Positions 26,160 to 36,383 of a DNA stretch of 64,000 nt are shown piece after piece; the stretch's first letter is position 1, and each line of letters opens with the position of its first letter. The notes beneath the pieces are model-generated. The model was not told the DNA's origin. It searched no databases and saw only the letters and a list, made by a program, of their open reading frames with translations. Both the position numbers and the translations under genes were made by a program. The stretch covers positions 2,046,001 to 2,110,000 of the forward strand of contig OZ251233.1 in the NCBI GenBank assembly GCA_965240325.2. The letters run 5' to 3'. The DNA is from Rebecca billardiae RCC1528 (taxonomy: Eukaryota > Protista > Haptophyta).

Positions 26160-26551
26160 CCGGGCGCGTGGGCGGCACGGGCGGCTCGGCGACGCCCGTT
26201 CCGATGGCTGGCGTACGCTGGCGGCCGGGGGCGCTCTCGCTCTCAGTCTCACTCGATCACAGTAATTGGCCGAAATCGGTTCCATCTGTCAAAATGACTA
26301 ATGCTCAACCTCGTCTACCGCATGAATGGCATGATAGACCGCGTATTATCGTACCCCCAACGAAGCGGCCGGATCTCCCACAAATCGGATAAGATCTCGA
26401 TGAGGGACGGCGACGAGTCGACAACGCGAATGAAGTTCTCAGTACTGCGCAGCGGCGATTGTAACGACGATCGCAGCCGCCACAAGCCGCGTGTGGGTCG
26501 GCCGCGCCGAAGCCTCTGCGCCCACGCGGCGCACGACGACCAGCACTCGGC

Positions 26552-28850
26552 ATGGGCACTGGTGAGCTCGTCGAAGAGGCGATCGAGCGTTCCCACATCG
26601 CTGGCAACCTCCTCAAGAAGACCATGTCCCCCGGCGCGACCGCGCTCACGGCCGAGCAGCTCGAGTCGGTGCTCGAGGACCTCACCGCCTCGCGCGCCGG
26701 GGAGCAGGACGTGAAGGGCTTCCTCGGCGCGCACCCGCCGGCGGCACTGCCCGGCACGCTCGATGCGCTCGCCGCCGTGTACAACGCGTACGTCGACTGG
26801 CGCGCTGGGTCAGGCGGAGGCGGCGGCGGCGGCGGCGCGAGCGCAGACCCGCTCGCCGCCCTCCAGGCGGCGATGGAGGCGGACGACGCGGATGCGCTGG
26901 AGGAGGCGATCGACGCCGGCGCCGACGCGAATGCGAAGCTCGGCGACGCGCCCGCCATCACGGTCGCCGCGGAGCACGGCTGCCTCGACCTCATCCAGGT
27001 GCTGCTCGAGAAGGGCGCGTCGGTCGACGCGGCGCGACCGGACGGCTCGACCGCGCTCATCCTCGCCGCGGCCAACAGCCACCAGGAGGTGGTGGAGAAC
27101 CTCGTGCAGCGCGGGGCGAGCGTGGGCGCGACGCGCGCCGACGGCGCGAGCGCGCTCACGCTCGCCACCCACGACGAGATCAAGGCCCTCCTCCACGAGG
27201 CCTCCGATGAGCACGGGCTGGACGAGCAGCTTGCCATGCCGGCCGCGGCCGCGCCGAAGCCCAAGAAGGGGCCCGGCCGGCGCTCGTCGGTCTCGGCGGA
27301 GTCGGTCGACCCGACGAAGACGCAGACGCAGGCGAAGAAGGTGATCGAGAAGGCCGAGGAGGACAAGGAGCGCATCCGCGCCACGCTGCGCAAGTGCTTC
27401 CTCTTCAAGAACAGCGATGCGATGCAGATCACAGACCTGGTGTGCGCGCGGCGCGCGCGCGCGCTCGCGCGGACGGCGCGCGCGCGCGCTCTCGCGCGCA
27501 CGGTCGTGCGCGCGGCCGCGCGGCGCGACGGCGCGGGCGCTTGCGCACGCTGTGGGACGTGTTGCCTCCTTCCCTGCGGCCTGCCGGCGCGCTCTCACCG
27601 GAAAACCCCCTCCACCGCCTTGCTCCGCTCTGGCCGCGTGCGCGCGCGTGTGTGCGTGCTGCTTCGGCCGCCCGGCTGCGGCTTGGTGGGGCCCGCAGGT
27701 GAACGCGATGTACGAGGTGCGCAAGCCAAAGGACGCGGACATCATCGTAGAGGGCGACCGCGAGGCGAACGAGTTCTTCATCGTCGACTCAGGTGCGCGC
27801 GCAGGCTCCCAGCGCGCGTGTGCGCGCGCACAGCCGCTGTGGCTGCACGCTGTGCCGTGCGTCCGTGCCCCGCGCGCGCGCGCGCACGCCGTGACACGGC
27901 CCGTCTCCGGCGCACGGCGCCCCGCAGGCGAGGTGGACGTGTACAAGGGCAAGAACGACGACGGCACTGACCGCAAGCTGATCACCTTGCCCGTCGGCGC
28001 CGTCTTTGGCGAGCTCGCGCTGATGTACAACACGCCGCGCGCCGCGACGATCCGCGCGGCGAGCGACGAGGTCGTGCTCTGGGCGATGGACCGCGACTCG
28101 TTCAAGCAGATCGTCCTCGTGCAGACGATGCAGAAGCGGCTGCGGTACGAGGCCTTCCTGGAGAAGGTGGAGCTGCTCAAAGCGCTGTCCAACTACGAGC
28201 GCGCCACCATCGCCGACTCGTTCGAAGAAGTCCACTTTGCGAGCGGGACCACGGTGCGCGCCGCGCCGCGCGCGCGCGCGCGGAGGCGGCGCGGAGGGCG
28301 CGGCCGCTGCGCCCCGCGCGCGCGGCGCCGCCCGCGCCATCCCGCCTTGGGCCCGAGCCCGCGCGCGTGGCCCCGCGCGCGCCCGTCCGCCTCGCGGCCG
28401 CAGATCATCGAGGAGGGCGCGGTGGGCGACAACATGTACTTCCTCGTCAGCGGCAAGGCGAAGGCGCTCAAGGCGGGCGCGCAGGTGGAGACCTACGAGG
28501 AAGGCCAGTACTTTGGAGAGCTCGCGCTGCTCAACGACGAGACGCGCCGCGCGAGCGTGGTCGCCGAGACGGACGTCGAGCTCGTCTCGATTGACAGGCC
28601 AGCGTTCGAGCGGTGAGGGCCGATGGGCGCGCGCGAGGGGGCGCGGGCGGGCGCGGGCGCGTGGCGGGTGGCGACAGCCCACAGCGCCGAGCGGCCGCGC
28701 GCATGGCGGCTCACGGAGTGCCGCGCTCGCGCTCGCCCGCGCCCCGACCCTGCGCGCGCGCCCACCCGCAGGCTGATGGGGCCGGTGGTGCAGGTGCTGC
28801 GGCGGCAAGCGTCGTCGTACGCCAAGTACGTCTCGAGCGAGCTGGAGTAG
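26552..28850 (+). CDS. cAMP-dependent protein kinase regulatory subunit with N-terminal ankyrin repeats; introns 27440-27698, 27793-27927, 28254-28403, 28613-28771
   Basis: Ankyrin repeats (DGSTALILAAANSHQEVVENLVQRGA), inhibitor site RRSSVSAE, and two phosphate-binding cassettes FGELALMYNTPRAATI and FGELALLNDETRRASV. All introns GT-AG and phase-consistent. Confidence 0.9.
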
Positions 28851-30222
28851 GCCGAGCGTGCGCGGGGGCCGGAGCCACGCCCGACCGCGGGAGGAGTGGA
28901 GAGACGCACGCGTGTGCGGGGGCTCACTGCGCACAGCACACGCCAACAGCTCGGCGCCGGATGGCAGGGCACACCGAGCTCGTGGTCGGCTGTGCGTGCG
29001 GCGCAATGGACACCGAGCACTCGCTCGCCAACAGGAAATGGCGGTGCGTGCATGCAAGGCTGCAAGCAGATCAACCCGTGCTCGTAGTACTCGGACTCCT
29101 CGCGCCGTGTGCCCGCGCTGCGGAGGAGCGGCGCGGCACGCGACTGCGGCGCCAACGTCACCGATGAATCGCCTATGCGCGCACAGTTCGTCGAGCACTG
29201 AACTCAACGTGCTCTCACAGTCGGACCAGGCCGAGTGCGAGAGCTGGACAGCGGCGCAGCCCGCATTCTCCTCGCGGCACGGGCGCAGGCAGCGTATGGC
29301 ATCGACAGAGTCCCGCTCCTGATGCCGAGCTGCAGCGGCGGAATCACGGTCCGGAGCCGCCGGACCGACGGAGTTCGGGCACTTGACCACGCAACGCTGC
29401 CAACGGCCGCCGGGCCGGTCCCGCAGTCCGTCGCGGTCCGTCCGGGACGCCATCCCGCCGATCATCCCGCGGACACCGGGACCGCCGTATGAGTGTAGTC
29501 AGACGACCTGTTATTAGTGGCGAGGCGGTCAGCTGCCACCCGGGAACTCAGGAAGTGCCGCAGTGGCCGATAACTCGGCAGTACGCCGTGATCTGTGATC
29601 ACACACTATGTCAAGCGTATGACAATCAGAGTCAGAGACAGAGAGAGTCGAGACGGACTGACGGTCTCAGAGTCATGTCAGTCGTAATAACAGACACAGG
29701 TAGGACGGCGCAGGAATCTCCTGATTCGTCGTCGGCAGTGCCCGCGATCGTCGACATTGACGAAGTCGGCGCTGGTGGCAGAGCATAGCCTGAACCGCGA
29801 TCGAATGGCTTGAGCGCGGCCTTGAGCTGCTGGAGCGCGATCCACCTGCGCTGCGCGGCTCGCTGAGACGCCGGAGCATATCTGCATATTCAGACGGCGG
29901 CGGTGCGGCCTGGGTTTATGATAATCATAAATCATCGGGTGCTGATATAATGAATAGTAGTTCTCTGACGGCAATCAGTCGGTTCCCGCAAAGCGTTGGA
30001 GAACTCGTGGTAGGCCCGCAACGACCTAGCAAAAATGTTGATTGGCAAGATTGCCCCTCTTGAACTCTAATAGTGATGAAAGTAGCCAGATGAATCACAA
30101 GCTGAACACGAGCGCGACGCTGGTTGGTCGATTTACAGTAGGAGCGATCAACGACATCACGGTTAGATTCATCTGATTGGTAGTTGGTGCCCGGGAAGAC
30201 CGGGACCATACCTCTTCGCGTG

Positions 30223-31883
30223 ATGGGCATCCGCGGCGAGGAGAGCGCGAGCGGCGGTGTCTCGCTGTACGTCCCAGAGTCAAGCGTCGCGTGCATCCAA
30301 GCCGCTACTTCGCTGGCGTCCGGCAACTTCTCTCTCGGCTGGTTCCTCTCGACCGCATACACAATCATCTTCCTCTTCCGGCTCGGCTTCCCGCGCACGC
30401 TCGCCGACACGCTGGCGATGAAAGTGCACATTCCGTTCGCGACGCTCTTCGTGCTTTGCTGCGCTTGGAACACCTACCACACGCCCAGCCACGGGGATCT
30501 ATACCGCAAGCTTCACGTCGTCGTCGGCTGGACTGCAATGGTGACGGGTGCGTGCCATGTGCTCTCCGGCGTGGCGTACTTTCTCGAGGGCTCGAGCACG
30601 CTACCGCTGAGCATGCAGGTCTTGATGTGCACGATCGCGCTGATGCAGCTCTCGCTTCAGGCGCTTGGCCTCTAGTGCGCCGCTCGCGCCTCGCGTGCTC
30701 ACTCACACGCTCCACCTTCCACGCACCGCTGTGGCTGCGCTCGCTCGGCACAAACTCTGATACTCACTCGAGCGTGCCGCCCACGCCTCCTCCTCCTCCT
30801 CCCGCCCTGCCTGTGCCGCTGCCAGCTACATCCGTGTGAACACGTGGGTGCACATGCACATGTCTATGTACGCGTGCCGCGCGATCCTCCGCGCCTGCAT
30901 CGCTGGGAGTCCCGCGGAAGCGTGGCCATGCCGACGAGCAGCTTTGCAGCGCCGCATGCATGCGAGTGTGCCGTGTGCGGCCGCTGACTGCAACTGCCGG
31001 CGCGCCCCGGCACCACCGCTGATTTGCGACGGCTCTGCGCAGGATGACCTACCTGTACTACACGTCGGGCGTCCTCATCGCAAGTGCGCGCCACCTTTAA
31101 TTTGCAGCGAGCGAGCGACGAGCCTGTCTGTCTGTCTGTTGGTTGGTTGGTTTGGAACGCCCAATGGGTGGCAACCTTCGCTGCCCGCCTGTGCACCCGT
31201 TGGGTGTGGCGCTCACTACTGCTCGCGCGAACCGAACCGCGCGGTCGCTTGCGTGTGCGCCAACCCGTGTGCGCGCAGTCAACGTGAGTGTGGAGGCGTG
31301 GAGGAGCGCATGCGTGCGCACCGCCACTGTCTGGCTGGCTGCGGGCCGCTGGCAGCCTGCGCTGGCCGTGCGCGCGCCGGGATGCAGATGGCGGGCGAGG
31401 CCTCCATCCGGTCTCCTGCACGCTGCGCGCTGACTGCCTGCGCAAGCTGCGTACGACCGCACGATGCGCGCACACGTGCTCGCCCCACCGACTGACACGC
31501 ACACACCCTGCCCCTGCGCGCGCTGTGGCATACACTCGCGGTGTCCCGCCCACTTGCCAACTGGGCGGACGCGATGCGCGTCGGCGCGCTCCCAGTGGGT
31601 CCCCAAGATGCTCAGTGGCCACCTGCTGGATGGCTCGCTCCAGACAAATTGGACGTTCCTTGCGATGGTCGGCGGACTCCTGCTCGGCCAGAGGGCGATC
31701 GACCACGCCAAGCGGACGATGGACTTGCGAAACGCAGCGCAGCTGCGTTGCCCGCATGCCGCAGCCCACGGAGGGTTGTGGGAAGGTGAGCCTTCCGACT
31801 CCGAGGCGGCGACGAGGGCTGTAAGTGTCGCCGAGGCGATGCGCTTTGCGCATCCTCACCTGCCCACCGGGGCGCACCTGTGA
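30223..31883 (+). CDS. Multi-pass membrane protein, DUF2306-like; exons 30223-30674, 30826-30867, 31043-31083, 31279-31283, 31596-31883
   Basis: Spliced reading ...KVHIP...KLHVVVGW...ALGLYYIRVNTWVHMHMSMMTYLYYTSGVLIAINWVPKML... Four canonical GT-AG introns keep the frame. His spacing resembles DUF2306 (from memory). Confidence 0.65.
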
Positions 31884-32772
31884 GGCGCGGCCTGCTGCTG
31901 AGTACCTCATGCCGCGTCATCGCCATCGTCTGGGGCCGCAGCGGCGTCGTCAGCGCTTAGTTTGAATGAAGCTGCTGTTATCGTCAGTCGTCTCTGTCGT
32001 CTGTGACATCGGGCTCGGCCCGACGGCCCAGCATCGGCGTCGGGGTCAGGCGGACCGATGTTCGGGCGCCATCGGCGCGACGACGATGCCGCGTATTGCT
32101 GATGCCGTAACTCACTCAGCACTAGCCACTGGATTGGCAGTACGGCCCCGCGGACCGCCGGCTGCGCCCGGCGGTCCGCGGCTGAGCCTGAGCACTCTGC
32201 ACGACTGTCGTCAGCAGATTCTGAGTCCGCCATCATATTATATATATATTATTATTAGCTGTTCGATGACTAGTCACGAGTCAATCTTGAACCTGAAGCC
32301 ACTTGAAGTCCATGCTGATTGAGATCTATAAGCAGGCGGAGGATAGCAGGCGGATGATGATCGATTGAAGCAGCCCGCCGCGCGCGCTTGGTCGCAAACG
32401 GCACTCGCGGCCCGTCGGCCGCGTGCATAAGCAGTGCATCGTCGGCCTCCGCTTCCGACTAGCGCGTCTCAGCGGCTCCCGGGACACTCACTCGGTAGTT
32501 ATAGCTGCTCTATAACGCCACGATATATATATATATGATGGGGATAGCTGATACGACGATTTATTACCGCGCCACGCTGTCAAAATATTATATAGATAGC
32601 TCTCGGCGGCGCAATGATCGCCAGATCGGAACCGTGACGCCACCGACGTAGCGAGCCGGCTGCGTGACCTCCCGTACAGACAGGTGCGAGCATATACGAT
32701 CCAGCACATGTGGCGGATGCATATGCGTCGTATATCCTGCTGCGTCGTCACTGCATGATGATGAGACCATCG

Positions 32773-33615
32773 TCATCGTCGCCGTCGGCGCAGCTCCACG
32801 TCCCACCGATGGTGCGCTGCGCAGACGGATGTGGATGCCATGGTGGAGAGGGGTGTGGCAAACGTCGCCAGCTCAGCAGCTGAGGCTGCGCACAGCCGGC
32901 GCATGCTCGCGTTCAAGGCCTGCGGGCGCAGCCGTGCGCGCGGTGCGCTGCCCGCCGGGACGGCGACGGAGAGCGGGCGCACGAAGCCCGGGTGCGCTTG
33001 CGCTCGCAGCGCAGCAGAGACTGTCTCAGCCGTGCCGATCAGCGTGTCCTTGCCCCTTGTGGAGCACAGCGAGTGCTGCGGCTGGAAGTGCGGTGTGATG
33101 CGGCGCACCGCCGAGATGGGCAGCGAGCTCAGCATCTCGATCGCCTGCGCGTACTCGTCCAGGTGCAGGCACGGGACGGTCGCCATCGTGCGCCTGAGCG
33201 GCAGTGGCACCACGTAGCGCAGCTCAAGGAAGGTGCGCGGACGGTCGCCATGCATGCACGGCATGCGCTGCTGCGGCGCGCGCGCGGGGCAGCACGCGGC
33301 GTAGCGGTGGAAGAGGGCGAGGTAACGCTCGGCCGGATCGGCGACGACGATGTACGCCTGCGTCCCCGGCGTCGCCTCGGAGAAGGCGAGCGACGCGTTG
33401 CCAGGCGGAGCCCCAACGCTGATCGGCGTGTCGGCCGGGTCGGGCACTCTGGGCGGAGAGGGCGCGCCCGTGATCGAGGTCCACAGCGCGCTGATCAAGT
33501 GCTCGCTGCCACACGCGTCGCACGTGCACAGGCTCAGCGAAGGGCCGTGCCGTGGGGACCAGCTCAAGCCCACGCCCGAGGCGCCCGCGATGAGTATCCG
33601 GAGCCAAGCCGCCAT
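32773..33615 (-). CDS. Sulfotransferase family 2-like protein (divergent)
   Basis: AYIVVADPAERYLALF (3'-PB-like) and PHFQPQHSLC motifs. The PSB loop reads CTCDACGSEHL, without the usual Lys. Confidence 0.55.
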   Translation of the reverse strand: MAAWLRILIAGASGVGLSWSPRHGPSLSLCTCDACGSEHLISALWTSITGAPSPPRVPDPADTPISVGAPPGNASLAFSEATPGTQAYIVVADPAERYLALFHRYAACCPARAPQQRMPCMHGDRPRTFLELRYVVPLPLRRTMATVPCLHLDEYAQAIEMLSSLPISAVRRITPHFQPQHSLCSTRGKDTLIGTAETVSAALRAQAHPGFVRPLSVAVPAGSAPRARLRPQALNASMRRLCAASAAELATFATPLSTMASTSVCAAHHRWDVELRRRRR

Positions 33616-33627
33616 CGTGACGACCTA

Positions 33628-33814
33628 CAGTTTACTAAGAATAAGAGACGCACACAGCTCAGGCAGGCGAGATTGATACAGGCCTCGCAGGCGGACGGCT
33701 GAACGATTTTTTCCGGCGGCGCTACCATCGGCGACGGCTTCATGGGCGGTGACAGTTGGCGGGCGTCAATCTCGCCTGCCTGAGCTGTGTGCGTCTCTTA
33801 TTCTTAGTTAACTG
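33628..33814. mobile_element. 187-bp Tc1/mariner-type MITE
   Basis: 49-bp TIRs beginning CAGTTTACTAAGAATAAGAG (33628-33676 and 33766-33814, 1 mismatch). TA TSD at 33626-27 and 33815-16. Confidence 0.9.
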
Positions 33815-34459
33815 TATCATCATACGTACAGGTGAATACGGGTGAACTGGACCACCGCCCTTGACTGGACAGTGGCCGACCCCACTCCGACGCAGAGGCC
33901 TCTCTGGGACTAGTGGGAGCATTGGGGTCCAAGGGGCGCCAGGGACGGACTTCAGGGGGTCCCTGGAGCCTTCCGCCGCAGCGCGCTTTCTGCGCTGCGG
34001 GCCCGTCTCCCCGGGCGCGTGGCGGCCGCAATGGCACTGTCCAATTAGCCCCTAGCACTGGCTGAGGCATGGGAATCGAGCTCAGGGACGCGCGCACGGA
34101 GGAAAAGCGTGTGCAGCGGCTCGGACGGTTGCTCTGGGACCTGCCCACGCCAGCGCAACCGCGCCTTGCCTCGGAGTCCGCCCTTCCTGAGTCCGCGCAC
34201 GCGCCTTGCGGCTTGAAACGCTGGCGTTCGGCCTTGTGCGCACAAGGCCGAACTCACGAAACAAGGCGAAGGCGGCGAGAAGCGCGACCTGGCGCGTGCG
34301 CACTGCGCAGAGTGACGAAGTCCCGCACGACTCCCACGGGCGCATTCGACCAGGTGAATTCAGCGATCTGCGATGAACATCGTGCGCCGTCGTGGCGACC
34401 TGTATACGTGTAATGGGGGTATAGGTCGTCCGTAAAAGCTAATGTAGCTACTAGTACTA

Positions 34460-34533
34460 CTCGCCTGCCTGACGGCTGTGTTCGATCGTCTCTGACTCTT
34501 ATAACTTATTATGAATTATCTGAGTAAACTGTA
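34460..34533. repeat. Degenerate solo copy of the 49-bp TIR family, expanded by small insertions
   Basis: CTCGCCTGCCTGA..GCTGTG..CGTCTC..TTAT..AGTAAACTGTA keeps the original order but spans 74 bp instead of 46 bp. Confidence 0.7.
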
Positions 34534-34580
34534 CTACGGTAACTACTGACTGAGTTACTGAGACGATCGTCGTTTACAAA

Positions 34581-35159
34581 CAGTGGGGTCAGAGCTCCGA
34601 CCGTTACACTCCCGAGTGACACAATCTCCCGAAATCTCGAAATGTGAAATATATATCTCCTCGGTTTGTAACTGCTTGAGTCCGTTTAAGTTCCGTTTAG
34701 GCCTAATTCCAGGGTGTCGTAGAATCCGCCGGGCGCCTGTGCCAATTTCAGACTGCCATCAAAATGTAGTGATCTAGCTAGACGGTGCGATTCTGCGGTG
34801 CAAATAGCGAGATCACCTTGGAGATCGTAGTGTATCTCCCCTACTAATGTTGCCGAGATCGTCGTCGAGATTGAGGCCTCGTATATCTCCAGTATGCATG
34901 TGCGTCGGACATTTTTTCGCAAAACTTGTCAGCATGACCCCATCAGCAGGACAGGGCGCTGGGCGGGCAGCACCCAGCAGGCCTGTCTGGTCGGACCGGA
35001 TATGAAGTTCACTACTATTCAATAAGGCGCGAATGATGACGGCCCGAATCAGTAATAATATTGACATCCCGCCGAATAAGAGTTTGAGCGCCTCATCTCA
35101 AGACGACAGGAAGTTGGAGTTTGGGCCACGCACCCCCCAGTGGGGCTCTGACCCCTCTA
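34581..35159. mobile_element. hAT-like MITE, about 580 bp
   Basis: Imperfect 18-bp TIR CAGTGGGGTCAGAGCTCC / GGGGCTCTGACCCCTCTA. Flanking direct repeat GTTTACAAA at 34572-34580 and 35160-35168 (8-9 bp TSD depending on end placement). Confidence 0.78.
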
Positions 35160-35261
35160 GTTTACAAATACAAGTGAAGCTGCTGGCTGATCCGATCTCC
35201 AACCGACGATGCCAATCACGGAGCCGTCGCACGCATCGCTTCTCGGCGGCCGCGTGGACGC

Positions 35262-36275
35262 TCAGCAGCACGCAGTGAGGCCAAGAAGAGCGCCCGTGTC
35301 ATGCAGCGGGACATTCTCGCGCCACGCGCGCCGGCTTGCCGCGCTGTGGTGCTCGCTGTGCTGTGCGCCCACCGCTGCGTCCGCGGGGTCACGTTGCCGC
35401 CGGGGCCACTGCCCGGATGGCCGCATGCCGTGGCGGTGCGCAGCGCCGGTGAGGCCCGAGTCGCCGAGGAGGGCGGACATCTCTGCCGTCGCGTCGAGTT
35501 CGCTCACGCACAGGCTTTCGAGCAGGGTGAACGCGCGCGGCGGGTGCCCCGCGACGTCGAAGAGGTCGGCGACGTCTCGGCGCAGCTTCATCGCGCCACC
35601 AAGCAGCTCGGCGCCGCCCGGGTGGATATTGATCAGCCCGGCGATCCGGTAGAAGCGGCCGTGGATGAGCAGCTTGGGGTCCCGATCCCAGATATCGCTC
35701 TGCGCGTGCAGCACGCGCTGGCGCCACGTGCGGTTCCACAGCCAGTACCGCAGCCGCCACGGCATCTCGAGCGCATCCTCTGCCATCGGCCGCGCCACCT
35801 CCGCCTCGACCCACGCGAACCGCTTCTCAAAGAGCGCACGCCACAGCTGCTCGTCGCACGCGGCTTGGCGGAGCTCCGAGCACGCCTGCCCCAGGGACAT
35901 GAGGTCGCACGGGCTCAGGTGCGCGCAGATCAGGTGCTGCACCGAGGTGGGCATCTGCTGCAGGAGGCCCTCGCCGTTCACGACCGCGGAGCGTGCGTGG
36001 TGCTGCTTTGGAGGGTCCTGGCGTGGCTGCGTGTAGTACTGACGGCGGAGCATGACGAGCACGCTGACGACGACGAGCCGGAAAACCGCCTCATGCACGT
36101 CGTGCGGCAGCACGTGCGGTGGGACCACCGTTGAGGACATGTTGTCGTCCGCCCACCCGCCGGTCCAATCGAGCGAGTTGAGTGCAGCAGGCGGCGGCTG
36201 GAGCCGTCGAGACCAACCACCGCGCGCGGCCGTGACAAAAGCGAGCGCCGCGGGAGCGCGCTTGCGCTTCGTCAT
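35262..36275 (-). CDS. TM-F-box-cytochrome b5-like heme-binding domain protein
   Basis: Hydrophobic VFRLVVVSVLVML; F-box LLQQMPTSVQHLICAHLSPCDLMSLGQACSELRQAACDEQLWRALF; cyt b5 LLIHGRFY...IHPGGAELL...DVADLFDVAGHPPRAFTLL. Start codon uncertain. Confidence 0.8.
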   Translation of the reverse strand: MTKRKRAPAALAFVTAARGGWSRRLQPPPAALNSLDWTGGWADDNMSSTVVPPHVLPHDVHEAVFRLVVVSVLVMLRRQYYTQPRQDPPKQHHARSAVVNGEGLLQQMPTSVQHLICAHLSPCDLMSLGQACSELRQAACDEQLWRALFEKRFAWVEAEVARPMAEDALEMPWRLRYWLWNRTWRQRVLHAQSDIWDRDPKLLIHGRFYRIAGLINIHPGGAELLGGAMKLRRDVADLFDVAGHPPRAFTLLESLCVSELDATAEMSALLGDSGLTGAAHRHGMRPSGQWPRRQRDPADAAVGAQHSEHHSAASRRAWRENVPLHDTGALLGLTACC

Positions 36276-36383
36276 TGCTAAGTGGGCTGACGAACGTGTG
36301 CAGCGCCCAAGACAGTCCGGTTGCTTTTCCCGCGTGACTTCAGACTGAGCGATGGGCGGCCGCGGCGACGGCCGTGCGGGCAG

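Noticed and set aside
33827-34404. Possible TA-CAGGT...ACCTG-TA element
   Set aside because: The inverted match is only 7 bp; chance cannot be excluded.
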